Positions 1 to 8,626 are shown, counted from the first letter of the stretch. The stretch: DNA of 49,835 nt from Candidatus Uhrbacteria bacterium RIFOXYB12_FULL_58_10 (GCA_943357275.1 CALRGL010000001.1:1-49835); one strand, 5' to 3'. Made by a program: numbers and translations. Notes: generated from the letters alone by a model not told the origin.

Positions 1-937
1 GATAAATCCAGTACCCAACCGGTTTGCTAACCAAATCATACGTCCCAGGATATTCCACCTCCTCACCCCCAAACCCCCGCTTAAACCGGCTAATCCCCGC
101 CCAAGGATGTTGTTCTTCTAAAGGTGGACTCACTCCCCACCAATCATAAGCCTTCAAACCATTTCGCTTAGCATCCTTCATAAGCTCCCAATGTAAGAGC
201 GAAGGTGCCATCAACGTCCGATGTTCATGCGCAGAAGCCCCATGTAGATACGTTCGAGTCTCTCCAAAGTCTAGCATGATTGTCGCCGCAACAGGTTGAT
301 CTTCATAGAACGCCGCTGCCAAAAAGACTCGAGGCGACGTATGTGCCAAAACCGTTAGCATGGTTTCGTAGTAAGTATGTTCGTGTAGACGAAAGGCTCC
401 TCGTTTTGATGTTTGAGAAAAAAGCGACCAAACCTGATCCAAACTCACATCAGACATTCGTATATCAAGATTCTTTTTTTCAGCAAGACCAATATTATAG
501 CGAGTCTTCGGATGCATGTGTTTAAGCAGTTCCTCTTCACTCACCTCCAATTTATTGATGACCGTATGCGCTGGTTGGACATCGATTGATTTGTGCAAAT
601 GAAGCTCTGCAAGCGATTCTGTTGTATCGGATAAGGCATCGAATCGCACAAACAGACATTCTCCCGAAATCTTCTTCATGGTGTCTGCCAAATGCATCGA
701 ACTTTTTACAATCGGACCGCGCGGAACATAATCATAACAACCAAAAATAGGAAGAGATGTTCGAATCGATTGTGCAACTCCGGCAAGATCGCCATCTTGA
801 TCAATGTATATTCGATCCACATGACGCCCAAGTGTCTTTTGGAACCCCCCCCACTGCCAAGATTGCAAAAACCGACCCGATCGCGGGCCATGTTGTTTCA
901 CAAAAGCATCCCAACTTGTTTGTTCGTGCTGTGTCAT
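1..937 (-). CDS. FemAB-family peptidoglycan interpeptide-bridge transferase (3' end runs off the window)
   Basis: Own translation of the minus strand from ATG at 937. It is absent from the ORF track because there is no stop in the window. Sequence: MTQHEQTSWDAFVKQHGPRSGRFLQSWQWGGFQK...HPKTRYNIGLAEKKNLDIRM...YLHGASAHEHRTLMAPSLLHWELMKDAKRNGLKAYDWWGV, which is FemX/MurM-like. GAGGA lies just upstream of the ATG. Confidence 0.6.
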   Translation of the reverse strand, partial: MTQHEQTSWDAFVKQHGPRSGRFLQSWQWGGFQKTLGRHVDRIYIDQDGDLAGVAQSIRTSLPIFGCYDYVPRGPIVKSSMHLADTMKKISGECLFVRFDALSDTTESLAELHLHKSIDVQPAHTVINKLEVSEEELLKHMHPKTRYNIGLAEKKNLDIRMSDVSLDQVWSLFSQTSKRGAFRLHEHTYYETMLTVLAHTSPRVFLAAAFYEDQPVAATIMLDFGETRTYLHGASAHEHRTLMAPSLLHWELMKDAKRNGLKAYDWWGVSPPLEEQHPWAGISRFKRGFGGEEVEYPGTYDLVSKPVGYWIY

Positions 938-943
938 ATTTCC

Positions 944-1489
944 TCATCGTGCCAAAGATTTCAAAGCAATTCGAATTCGCTCATCTGTTGTCTTTGCGTC
1001 CACCTGTGAAAGAATTTGCTCGGCATCTTTTCTGGAATACCCAAGCCCAACCAGTGCGTCCACTGCATCACCATCCAAAGCACCCATGTCTGGTTCCTCT
1101 GCAAGAACGCCTTTTAATTCAAGGATGATTTTCTGCGCAGTCTTTTTTCCAACCCCTGGAATATGCGTCAAAAATTCCAAGTTACCAGACATGATTTTTG
1201 ATTTCACAGAAGACAAATCCCCAGAGCAAACGATCTTTTGTGAAATACGTGGACCAACACCTGAAATAGAAATCAGTTTCCAAAAGAGTTCAAGCGCTTC
1301 CATGCTTTGGAATCCAAAAATCTCACGCTCGTTTTCTCGGATCACTTCATGCGTAAAAATTTTTGTTGTTCCGGCAAACGAGTGAGCAATGGATTCTGGA
1401 ACAATCACTTTGTATCCAATGCCTTGAGACTCAATCACAAGATAACTTGTTCCGTGATACTGAATTTCACCAGTGATGCTCACAATCAT
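944..1489 (-). CDS. ruvA: Holliday junction branch-migration complex subunit RuvA
   Basis: 181 aa with an OB-like N-terminus (GIGYKVIVP) and HhH motifs (ISGVGPRISQKI, IPGVGKKTAQKIILELKG). Confidence 0.9.
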   Translation of the reverse strand: MIVSITGEIQYHGTSYLVIESQGIGYKVIVPESIAHSFAGTTKIFTHEVIRENEREIFGFQSMEALELFWKLISISGVGPRISQKIVCSGDLSSVKSKIMSGNLEFLTHIPGVGKKTAQKIILELKGVLAEEPDMGALDGDAVDALVGLGYSRKDAEQILSQVDAKTTDERIRIALKSLAR

Positions 1490-1490
1490 A

Positions 1491-2504
1491 TTAATCCCCC
1501 TTCACAAACGATTTATTGTAAAACTCTGCAATGCGATCTTGTAGTTCTTGATCAATCTGAGACGTAAACGTTGGTAATTCTCCTTCTCCTAAAATAGCCT
1601 CGTGGATCTTTCTTAACATCTTCCCAAACTTCGGTCCAGGCGACATCTTAAGAAGATCCATTAAGCTAATGCCGTCTAACTTAGCTTCTTGAAACAAACG
1701 ATTACGCTCCGTTTTCTTTTTCTTTTCTCGCTGTTCATACTTTTCCAACCGTCGCTCAGGCAACAAAACATGTTCAGAGATGAGCATGTTAATCAAATAA
1801 TCAAGGTTGAAAAACGTCTTTCCGTTTTCCTGCAAACGTTCGGATCCAACAACCCAATCTAAAAAAATACAGCCTTGCACCAAATCCAAAAAGTCATCGC
1901 CATCGTATTGTTTTACTTTTGCAAGATGAAGCAACCAATGAGCCATGCTTGGATTAGGTTTATGAAATGCCCCAAACTCAAGATGACGACAAATAATATC
2001 GCTTAGCATGGCTTGATCACGCACAGACAAATCGTGTGCCTTTGCAACTCGGTCGATCAGTTGTTGATAAACCGGTGCATACATCATGCGGTCATGATGA
2101 TCATTGCCGTGGATCTTTGCCGCGTCATGCACCAAAATAAACGCTTCAAAAAAAGAAACTTTTTCTTTCATGATTTCTTCCAGTTCATCAATCTCCCCTT
2201 CATACCCTTTCATCCGACGAAACTCTTCAATGTCGATCAAGTGCAATGTTCCTTCCACGATCCCATACAAAACAACAAGCATACGATGCAAATGCGCATC
2301 CATAAACAGACCCTCGCTATGTGCACGAGGATCTTGTTTTGTTTTAAGAGCGTCTTTAATCAAAGGCTCTTGTAGGCTCACAGCTTTAAGCAAAGCCTCC
2401 GCTTGTTCAGCAAGTCCTTTCTCTTGATCAAGACGTTTTATGGCTTGAGCAAAATATTCTGTTTCAGATCGTTCGTGAATGGATTGTGTTCGCCACATAG
2501 CCAT
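1491..2504 (-). CDS. HD-domain protein (metal-dependent phosphohydrolase superfamily), function unknown
   Basis: 337 aa with an H...HD pattern (HLHRM ... LVHDAAKIHG ... HHD). It abuts the ruvA start. Confidence 0.5.
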   Translation of the reverse strand: MAMWRTQSIHERSETEYFAQAIKRLDQEKGLAEQAEALLKAVSLQEPLIKDALKTKQDPRAHSEGLFMDAHLHRMLVVLYGIVEGTLHLIDIEEFRRMKGYEGEIDELEEIMKEKVSFFEAFILVHDAAKIHGNDHHDRMMYAPVYQQLIDRVAKAHDLSVRDQAMLSDIICRHLEFGAFHKPNPSMAHWLLHLAKVKQYDGDDFLDLVQGCIFLDWVVGSERLQENGKTFFNLDYLINMLISEHVLLPERRLEKYEQREKKKKTERNRLFQEAKLDGISLMDLLKMSPGPKFGKMLRKIHEAILGEGELPTFTSQIDQELQDRIAEFYNKSFVKGD

Positions 2505-2532
2505 CCTATTTTAACACGAAGCGAGATGAAGC

Positions 2533-2889
2533 TCACAGGCGGACGTGCACATCATGCAAAACAACCACGGTGACACCAAGTGTTTCAGAAGGATTGAGAG
2601 AATCTCGAAAGGCCTCGACAAATGGAATCGTGGCGAGATGCTTGTGAACAGCGTTACGAAGAATCCCAGTTCCTCGACCATGAATGATTTTCACAGCTCG
2701 TTCACCAGCAATAAATTGTTTATTCAAATATTGATCAATCGCATGAATGGCAGAATCTACGGTGAATCCATGAAGATCGATCTGTACACACGCCCCAAAC
2801 TCAGCAGCCATGAAATAATCAGAAACAGAAAACGTTCCTTTTGAAGGGAGATCTTCTTTCTTTTTATTCTGTTTCCAGGGTTTGGGCAT
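2533..2889 (-). CDS. Smr (MutS2 C-terminal-like) domain protein
   Basis: DLHGFTVDSAIHAIDQYL...KIIHGRGTGILRNAVHKHL is a classic Smr signature. I chose the internal ATG at 2889 (MPKPWKQ...) because the 5' extension of the ORF-track ORF runs through the upstream terminator. Confidence 0.75.
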   Translation of the reverse strand: MPKPWKQNKKKEDLPSKGTFSVSDYFMAAEFGACVQIDLHGFTVDSAIHAIDQYLNKQFIAGERAVKIIHGRGTGILRNAVHKHLATIPFVEAFRDSLNPSETLGVTVVVLHDVHVRL

Positions 2890-2910
2890 AAAATGTAAAT
2901 TTAGTATAAC

Positions 2911-2958
2911 AAAAAAACAAAAAACCCGGTCGTTGCACGTGTTGCATTGACTGGGTTT
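2911..2958 (-). terminator. Rho-independent terminator closing the GC-rich island
   Basis: Minus sense: AACCCAGTC-N17-GACCGGGTT followed by TTTTTTGTTTTTTT. It lies directly 3' of the 2999..3877 CDS. Confidence 0.7.
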
Positions 2959-2998
2959 AGGTGACGACACTCATCGGTGGTCGTCTGACCGTTGGGAA

Positions 2999-3877
2999 TT
3001 ACTTCCCCTTCTTGTTGTTGCCGCCCTTGTTGCCGCCACCGTTCGAGGTCTTGTTGGACTGGTGGGTGGGCTTCTTGGGCTTCGCGGTGCTGGTCTTCCC
3101 GCTGTTGTCACCGACGGTGCCGTCGGACTTGCGGGAGAGACCCATGCCGACCGGAACCGCTCCGCGCTGGTCCACCGGACGGAAGCCCTTCGAGGGGTCT
3201 TCCTTCCGCATGGGGCGCGGGGCGCGGGGCTTGAGGCTCTCGGTGTGGGCCTTCCCCTCCTCCGTCTCCTGCTGCCAGGCGGGGAAGAAGTTCAGGACCT
3301 TGAGCCAGTTCCCGAACACCGACTCGTTCCGCTCCTTGGCCGCACCGGCGCGCACGTAGATCTCGTGGGCCTTCTTGGGACCGAGGTCGGCGATGATCGC
3401 GAACGCGGCGAGCTTGGCCTCGGTCTCGAGGGCGGCGCGCGCGGTCGTGTGCCGATCGGTCTGGGTCTGGGCGACCTGGACCTTCTCGGCGTCGAGCTGG
3501 GTGCCGATCTGGCGACCACGCTCGCGAGCGGCCTCGAGCTGGGCGGCCTTCTCGGCGTTCGCCTTCTCATCGATCTTGCGCGCCTTGGCGGCGGCCTGGC
3601 GCCCCTGCTCCTGGTGGGCCTTGCCCTCCTTGGAGTCGAGCCACTTGGCGAAATCGACGACGGCGCGGGCGGCGGAGGACGTCAGCTCGAGATTGGCCGG
3701 AACCCGACCAATCTTGAACACACGCTCGATCCGATCCTCGACCTGCTGCGCTTCCGCGGCGAGATCGATGGTCTCGGGCTGCACGAAGGCGACGACCTCG
3801 ATCTGCTCGGGCCCGCAGGCCAAATATAAAATAGAAGCAACGGAACCGGCGGGGGTGGCGGAGTGGAGGTTGGACAC
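2999..3877 (-). CDS. Hypothetical Ala/Glu/Lys-rich coiled-coil protein with a basic Gly/Asn/Lys tail
   Basis: 292 aa, strongly GC-rich, GTG start preceded by AGAAGG. The central region looks coiled-coil (AAKARKIDEKANAEKAAQLEAARERG) and the C-terminus is KPKKPTHQSNKTSNGGGNKGGNNKKGK. No family recognised. Confidence 0.6.
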   Translation of the reverse strand: MSNLHSATPAGSVASILYLACGPEQIEVVAFVQPETIDLAAEAQQVEDRIERVFKIGRVPANLELTSSAARAVVDFAKWLDSKEGKAHQEQGRQAAAKARKIDEKANAEKAAQLEAARERGRQIGTQLDAEKVQVAQTQTDRHTTARAALETEAKLAAFAIIADLGPKKAHEIYVRAGAAKERNESVFGNWLKVLNFFPAWQQETEEGKAHTESLKPRAPRPMRKEDPSKGFRPVDQRGAVPVGMGLSRKSDGTVGDNSGKTSTAKPKKPTHQSNKTSNGGGNKGGNNKKGK

Positions 3878-4172
3878 TGTGAACCTTCTTTCTTTCTTCT
3901 TTTCAGAATCGAATCGGTCGGCGGGATGCCGTTTAACCCTTTGTGCGACGCACTCAAGGACCGATAAATATCTCCTGTGAAGCGGCTTCTCTCTCGAGCA
4001 GCCGTTTGTTCAGGAACTATTCATCCTAGAACGAAAAAGCAAGTTCTATCTTTCTCTTGAGAGGAAAACAAAACCTGCTTCTTGAGCTTATTCAGCTCTT
4101 GTCTCTTGTGTCCCCAGAGTCGGGCTCTCTTCTCCTTCGTTGGAAGGTACGTGATTGATCTTAACGAGAGAA

Positions 4173-4201
4173 AGAATACCACATTTTGACGGTTTTTTCA
4201 A
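4173..4201 (-). promoter_or_regulatory. Sigma70-type promoter (TTGAAA-N17-TATTCT) for the 2999..3877 gene, implying a ~300 nt leader
   Basis: Minus sense: TTGAAAaaaccgtcaaaatgtggTATTCT. It lies downstream of the 4310-4337 terminator. Confidence 0.45.
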
Positions 4202-4309
4202 GGGGTGGAGGCGAGAAATAGGCGAAAAATAAGGGAAATATCAAGAAAACTAAACGGATCCTTCACGATGTTCAGGATGACAGAATCAACAAAATAAATA
4301 ACAGAAGAA

Positions 4310-4337
4310 TAAAAAAAACGAAGCTCAAAGGCTTCGT
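4310..4337 (-). terminator. Rho-independent terminator ending the rsr-led operon
   Basis: Minus sense: ACGAAGCctttgaGCTTCGT followed by TTTTTTTT, immediately after the stop of 4357..4758. Confidence 0.65.
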
Positions 4338-4356
4338 CAGAACGTACGTTTGTACT

Positions 4357-4758
4357 CTATCGAGCGATCACAGATTCGAGTTCGTTGCTTTCTCGTTCCG
4401 CGATGGATGCCATCTGCCAGAAAAGAGGGTTGTCCGACGTGTTGTGCGTAATTGCGAATCGACGGAGCACACGAATGACTCGTCGCGGATCACCACCGAC
4501 CGGACAACCAGCAAGACGAGAAAGTGTCTTGCAGGTTCGTCGACGTGTGGCTGTGACATGCATCTCATCACCCAGTTTGGGCGTACCAAGGACACCGAAG
4601 GCAAGAGCACAATCTGCAAAATCGAGAGGTTCGTTCTTGTTGATACTTGCCATCTCACGAAGAACGTCGGCGACTCCCTGCCCATAGGCATGGGGCTCGA
4701 TCGTTTCTCTGGCTCGAATCGCGAGCAAGTCAAGAACCAGACTTGCATTTTGTGGCAT
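4357..4758 (-). CDS. Hypothetical protein (island)
   Basis: 133 aa ORF in the island operon, with a plausible helical composition. No family recognised. Confidence 0.5.
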   Translation of the reverse strand: MPQNASLVLDLLAIRARETIEPHAYGQGVADVLREMASINKNEPLDFADCALAFGVLGTPKLGDEMHVTATRRRTCKTLSRLAGCPVGGDPRRVIRVLRRFAITHNTSDNPLFWQMASIAERESNELESVIAR

Positions 4759-4792
4759 AGGGCACTCCTTTTGAGAGAAGGGTTGTTGAGAT

Positions 4793-5212
4793 TCAGTTGA
4801 TCAGGGTTTCAAGCTGGTCCGATGCTTCGCGAGCAAACTCCGCAATCGACTTGATCCGCGGATCAGGACTCTTCTTGAGTTTCTCGTAAGCTTCGGAAAG
4901 AACAATGGCGAGTGCAAGAGGTTGACCTTTGTCAGACGCTCCGCAAATCTCAGAGAGCTCACCGTAAAGAACCCTTCGCTGTGCCATGAGCTCCGTGTCG
5001 TCAGCTCGTGCCTGAGCGAGCAAACGGAAACCGATACCACAGTCCGAAAGGGTCAATATCTCGTTCTGAACCGCATTTGCGACCAAAACCAAATCGTGTG
5101 AAATCTCCAGAGCTCGGGCAAACGGCTTGAGACCGCGCCTTGCACTGGTCACATGAAAAGCAAGAATCTGCAACGTCCCCTGCGACTGAGTCGCAAGACC
5201 AAACTCATACAT
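4793..5212 (-). CDS. Hypothetical protein (island)
   Basis: 139 aa ORF in the island operon. No family recognised. Confidence 0.5.
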   Translation of the reverse strand: MYEFGLATQSQGTLQILAFHVTSARRGLKPFARALEISHDLVLVANAVQNEILTLSDCGIGFRLLAQARADDTELMAQRRVLYGELSEICGASDKGQPLALAIVLSEAYEKLKKSPDPRIKSIAEFAREASDQLETLIN

Positions 5213-5282
5213 CGTTCATTCTCCTTCCAAACGAAGAAAACTCCTCAACCGACAGGGATGCCAATGAGGAGTCGAAAGTTAA

Positions 5283-6158
5283 TCACTTTTTCTTCTTTCC
5301 GTCAAGGTATTCAATCGCTCGTTTGACGTCTGCAAGCGTCACGGTCTTTTGTTCTTTTTCTTTATGAAATCCCCAGTTTCGATTGAGTCCAAACGTGAAT
5401 CCCCCAAACTCCTTCAAAAGATCAACCGCGTACTTCGACTCTTGGACATAAATCAGTTGTCTGGCTCGTTCCACAACAATCAGTGGAGTTGGCTTCCCGA
5501 TTTCAAGCGCAACAATGCGAGAAATAAGTGGACGCAGTTGAATGTTCGCTGAACTTTCGATCACGAAAAATTGTTTCCAAGGTGTTTTTCTAAGCCATGC
5601 ATTGTAAGCGGCTTGTTCTTTTCGTGCTTCGGTTGCTAAGTTTGTAATTGGAGCTAAGAGCTTGTCGTGAAAATCCAAAACGATCTTCAGTTCCTTTTTA
5701 GAGTACCCCTCGTCTTGGAGCGCCCAAACATATCCTCGATCCATCACGCCGATTCCTTTAACCGTACGTGGATCGTAACCAAATTGCTTGAGACGAGCGT
5801 CGGTGATCTTAAACATCTTTAAAAACTGCTCAAGCGAGGAAGCGAGAAGCTTTCCTGTTTTTTCATCATACCCTCGATCTAAATCGGTATAGTTATGGTG
5901 ATCGATAATCTGCAGATCAACTCCAAGAGCACGCAACTTCGCTTCTGTTTTCAGCCCTGGCATTTCAACGACCACTACAGTTTTATAGCCTCCTTCTTTT
6001 ACCTGAGCAACAATATCATGTGTTCCTTTATCAAGAGACGCACCATGCAATTGTCCTGACGTGATGGTTGGAAGTCCAATTTTTTCTGCAAGCTCGGTAA
6101 TAAGAAATGCCTCAGCGTCGTTTGGTGGAATGATAAGGACCGTTGATTTGAGATTCAT
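5283..6158 (-). CDS. Hypothetical protein with a DHH-like motif (possible degenerate DHH phosphoesterase)
   Basis: I used the internal ATG at 6158 (MNLKSTVLIIPPNDAEAF...). The sequence contains VVVVEMPG...LQIIDHHNY. Its composition is AT-richer than its island neighbours. The ORF-track N-terminal extension is Cys/Arg-rich and was rejected. Confidence 0.45.
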   Translation of the reverse strand: MNLKSTVLIIPPNDAEAFLITELAEKIGLPTITSGQLHGASLDKGTHDIVAQVKEGGYKTVVVVEMPGLKTEAKLRALGVDLQIIDHHNYTDLDRGYDEKTGKLLASSLEQFLKMFKITDARLKQFGYDPRTVKGIGVMDRGYVWALQDEGYSKKELKIVLDFHDKLLAPITNLATEARKEQAAYNAWLRKTPWKQFFVIESSANIQLRPLISRIVALEIGKPTPLIVVERARQLIYVQESKYAVDLLKEFGGFTFGLNRNWGFHKEKEQKTVTLADVKRAIEYLDGKKKK

Positions 6159-6219
6159 ACGACACAAGTATACAACAAAAAACCGACCTACGAAGATAGG
6201 TCGGCAAGGCGCGATCAAC

Positions 6220-6789
6220 TCACAACGAACACGAAGACAAACCCTGAACCTTGTAAACACGCACAGCTTGATCAGCCAATGCGTCATCTCCAGGGTTCAG
6301 ATACAAACACAAACGCTCGCTGGCATGCTCATACTCGAGTCTCACCTCGACGGTCTGATAGAATCCGGTCTCACACCCTCTGGCCCAGTCGTACTGGGTA
6401 GAGATCGTCAGAACCTGACCATCAGACAAACGATAGGCCGTGCCCGATCCATTTCGCTTGGCATACCAGGTTCGGATCTTTCGACCCAGGAGCTCTGGTT
6501 GTTCAAGCAAGGTAAACACTTCCTCGGGAACCACGACCTGCGTGTTCATGACCACGGACCCGTCGTTAAATCGTTCCTCGGTGAACTTCAAGAGCTCGCC
6601 GATAATCTCATCACGAATGTCCGTGTTCTGGCATGATCCATCGCAGGCGTTGTGACTATACACGAAAGGCTTTTCTCCCCGGTACGAACGCTCCGGCATC
6701 TGCACGAGGTAGTGCTTACGCCCATCGCATACGCAGAGGGAATCAAGCCCATCGCTCGAACGTGCTGACACCCGGGTCACATCAAACAT
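6220..6789 (-). CDS. Hypothetical protein (island)
   Basis: Start moved to ATG 6789 (MFDVTRVS...), which is preceded by GGAG. 189 aa, Cys-containing, no family recognised. Confidence 0.45.
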   Translation of the reverse strand: MFDVTRVSARSSDGLDSLCVCDGRKHYLVQMPERSYRGEKPFVYSHNACDGSCQNTDIRDEIIGELLKFTEERFNDGSVVMNTQVVVPEEVFTLLEQPELLGRKIRTWYAKRNGSGTAYRLSDGQVLTISTQYDWARGCETGFYQTVEVRLEYEHASERLCLYLNPGDDALADQAVRVYKVQGLSSCSL

Positions 6790-6919
6790 GGGAAACTCCG
6801 CGACTCGTGAGAGTGAAGGGAAACATCGCGAGAGAGTCTCGTGATGCTTTCTGTGTGCGCGACGTGAAGTCGTGAACACGGAAAGAATCCCCGAGAATGT
6901 AATGGATCGAGATCATCGT

Positions 6920-7141
6920 TCAATCCATGTACAAGTCGATGTAGGAATCGACGATCGTCTCAAGGGAAGGAGAATGGTGCTGACAGTCATCATGCTCACC
7001 ATTGGGAGGCGGAAGTTCGGGCGACTCGATCTTTGTGCCCGGCGGGAGTTGAATCGAGATCGAAACGTGTTTTCCGTTTCGGCAAGTTTCGATCGTAAGT
7101 TCCGTTCCATAAACAGAAAAACCTGTAATCTTCACAGACAT
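6920..7141 (-). CDS. Small hypothetical protein (73 aa)
   Basis: ATG 7141 is preceded by GAGGAGG (cagaggaggtttccATG). Sequence begins MSVKITGFSVYGTELTIETCRNGKHVSISIQ... Confidence 0.4.
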   Translation of the reverse strand: MSVKITGFSVYGTELTIETCRNGKHVSISIQLPPGTKIESPELPPPNGEHDDCQHHSPSLETIVDSYIDLYMD

Positions 7142-7295
7142 GGAAACCTCCTCTGAAAGAGATTGCGATTGTTTCGCAAGACCATCTTGCGACCCTTTCT
7201 CGCATCGAAACGATTGCGCGTTACGAAGCGGGAAAGGGTCCCCAGAAATAGTGAGATCCCAGAATAGCAAGAAACAAGAAACACGACGACGAGGA

Positions 7296-7658
7296 TTAAG
7301 TCAGAGTGATCTGCACGAACGAGAAGCTCGCTCGGCCGATTTCCTCCTCCGTGTACTCGTGTCGATCGGTCAGACGCGGAAGGCCGGTCACCTGCATGAC
7401 GATGATCGAATCGCCCTGTTTGAGCGCGACGTTGACGGGACGCTCCGGGATCTCGATCTCGAGTCCGAAGCGGATCCGCGCCGCGTCCAGGGTAGCCTTG
7501 TGAGACGGGTTCACACAGAGTTCGCAGCTCGGCAGAGCTTCGCGTACCTGATCCGCGGTCAGGTCGTACTTGACCATGATCACGGTGCCGGTGGGAAGCA
7601 TCGAGGCCGAGAAAGCGAAACCAAAATAAACGCGATGCATGGGAACCTCCTCAAACAT
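7296..7658 (-). CDS. DUF1874 / AcrIII-1-like (viral ring nuclease family) candidate
   Basis: ...VYFGFAFSASMLPTGT...CVNPSHKATLDAARIRFG...ALKQGDSIIVMQVTG...TEEEI...FSFVQI. From memory, this matches the DUF1874 pattern (N-terminal AFSxxML, a conserved His in xxGHxxT, GDxxxVxQ). SD is GAGGAG. Confidence 0.5.
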   Translation of the reverse strand: MFEEVPMHRVYFGFAFSASMLPTGTVIMVKYDLTADQVREALPSCELCVNPSHKATLDAARIRFGLEIEIPERPVNVALKQGDSIIVMQVTGLPRLTDRHEYTEEEIGRASFSFVQITLT

Positions 7659-7667
7659 GGCAGGAAT

Positions 7668-7746
7668 CTCCTCAACGCTCCGAAGGATTTCGGGTCGTAA
7701 TTGAAGGACCAAGATTTCCAGTCTTGGTCAGAAGAAAACACTGAAG
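7668..7746 (-). repeat. Intergenic bipartite hairpin element, copy 1
   Basis: Minus sense: stop, then GACCAAGActggaaaTCTTGGTC (7707-7729), CCTTCAattacga, CCGAAatccTTCGG (7680-7693), gcgtTGAGGAG, then start. Confidence 0.6.
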
Positions 7747-7941
7747 TTACGCGATGTCGAACGGGAGGTTACGCGCCGGAGGCACGAGTTCCCGAACGAT
7801 CACGCCGGCTCGACGCACAGCAACAGGCGTCCGAGGCAAAGGCGCGTTTTTGCGTTTGCCCTGGATCACCGCTCCCATGGTCGGCCACGGATCCACACGG
7901 AGAATCGTCCCGTGGGATTTGGTCGAAAACTCGTTTTTCAC
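7747..7941 (-). CDS. Small hypothetical protein (64 aa), doubtful
   Basis: GTG start with no clear SD. Its stop sits exactly where the repeated intergenic element begins, as for the other island genes. Confidence 0.3.
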   Translation of the reverse strand: MKNEFSTKSHGTILRVDPWPTMGAVIQGKRKNAPLPRTPVAVRRAGVIVRELVPPARNLPFDIA

Positions 7942-7973
7942 AGTTTTTTTTCAAAAATGGTGGTGGATTTTTC

Positions 7974-8609
7974 TTAATCGTCGAGGTCTTCGTCGTCCTC
8001 GTCGTCCCATGCATCTTCACTACACTCGACAACAGCGAAGGACGTCAGTGGTGCGATGCGCAACAGGGCACGCAATCGATCCACTTCCTCGTGACCCTTC
8101 TTGATGAATGCGTGATGAAACCAGACGTCATCGTTCATAAGACCGCCGCCACCCATACCACCTGTAACACCTCCCACAAGCACCCAGCCTTCAAGGCGAG
8201 GCTCGCAGTCGTCCAGTGGTTCGCTCAGCATTTCGGCGGGAAGAACATTGCCCGGCAACATCGCTTCGTTGGCTACGTCTTCGAGAACCTTGCCACGGAT
8301 GACGCCACAGTCCTGCACGATGGACCACGACGCACCCTCGTCCTCATTGGACTCCCAGCTGGAGCGATCGAAAGTCTTCAAGAAGTCATCGACCTCACGG
8401 ACGGTGAAATCCGCAGGCAACATCGAGAGCGGAACCGACGCGTAAATCTGCCCGCCCCAGTCGCCTTCAAAGACGAGCCAGCGACGCACGTCGCGCTCAG
8501 CGATGAGATTTTCCAGTGGACGCTGCGCCCGCACGAACTCGTCTACCGCTTTTTGGCGAAGCATGAGACGTTCGATCAAATTCACGGCAGGATTGGTACG
8601 ATCGGACAT
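7974..8609 (-). CDS. Hypothetical protein with a strongly acidic C-terminal tail
   Basis: 211 aa with a GGAG SD. The C-terminus is ECSEDAWDDEDDEDLDD. No family recognised. Confidence 0.5.
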   Translation of the reverse strand: MSDRTNPAVNLIERLMLRQKAVDEFVRAQRPLENLIAERDVRRWLVFEGDWGGQIYASVPLSMLPADFTVREVDDFLKTFDRSSWESNEDEGASWSIVQDCGVIRGKVLEDVANEAMLPGNVLPAEMLSEPLDDCEPRLEGWVLVGGVTGGMGGGGLMNDDVWFHHAFIKKGHEEVDRLRALLRIAPLTSFAVVECSEDAWDDEDDEDLDD

Positions 8610-8626
8610 GTGAACTCCGATGAAGG

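Noticed and set aside
472-480. Possible frameshift in the FemAB gene at the homopolymer run
   Set aside because: A recount shows a run of 7 T (7 A on the coding strand). That keeps the frame open through ...RYNIGLAEKKNLDIRM..., so there is no frameshift.
3062-3980. Several overlapping ORFs on both strands (3062..3829 +, 3375..3980 +, 3292..3570 -, 3682..3957 -)
   Set aside because: They are Gly/Arg/Pro/Ser-rich alternative frames of the GC-rich 2999..3877 gene. Only that frame gives a non-repetitive, start/SD/terminator-supported protein.
6159-6287. N-terminal 43-aa extension of the 5283..6287 ORF
   Set aside because: The extension is Cys/Arg/Phe-rich and overlaps the 3' end of the upstream gene. 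The Met at 6158 begins a normal-looking protein.
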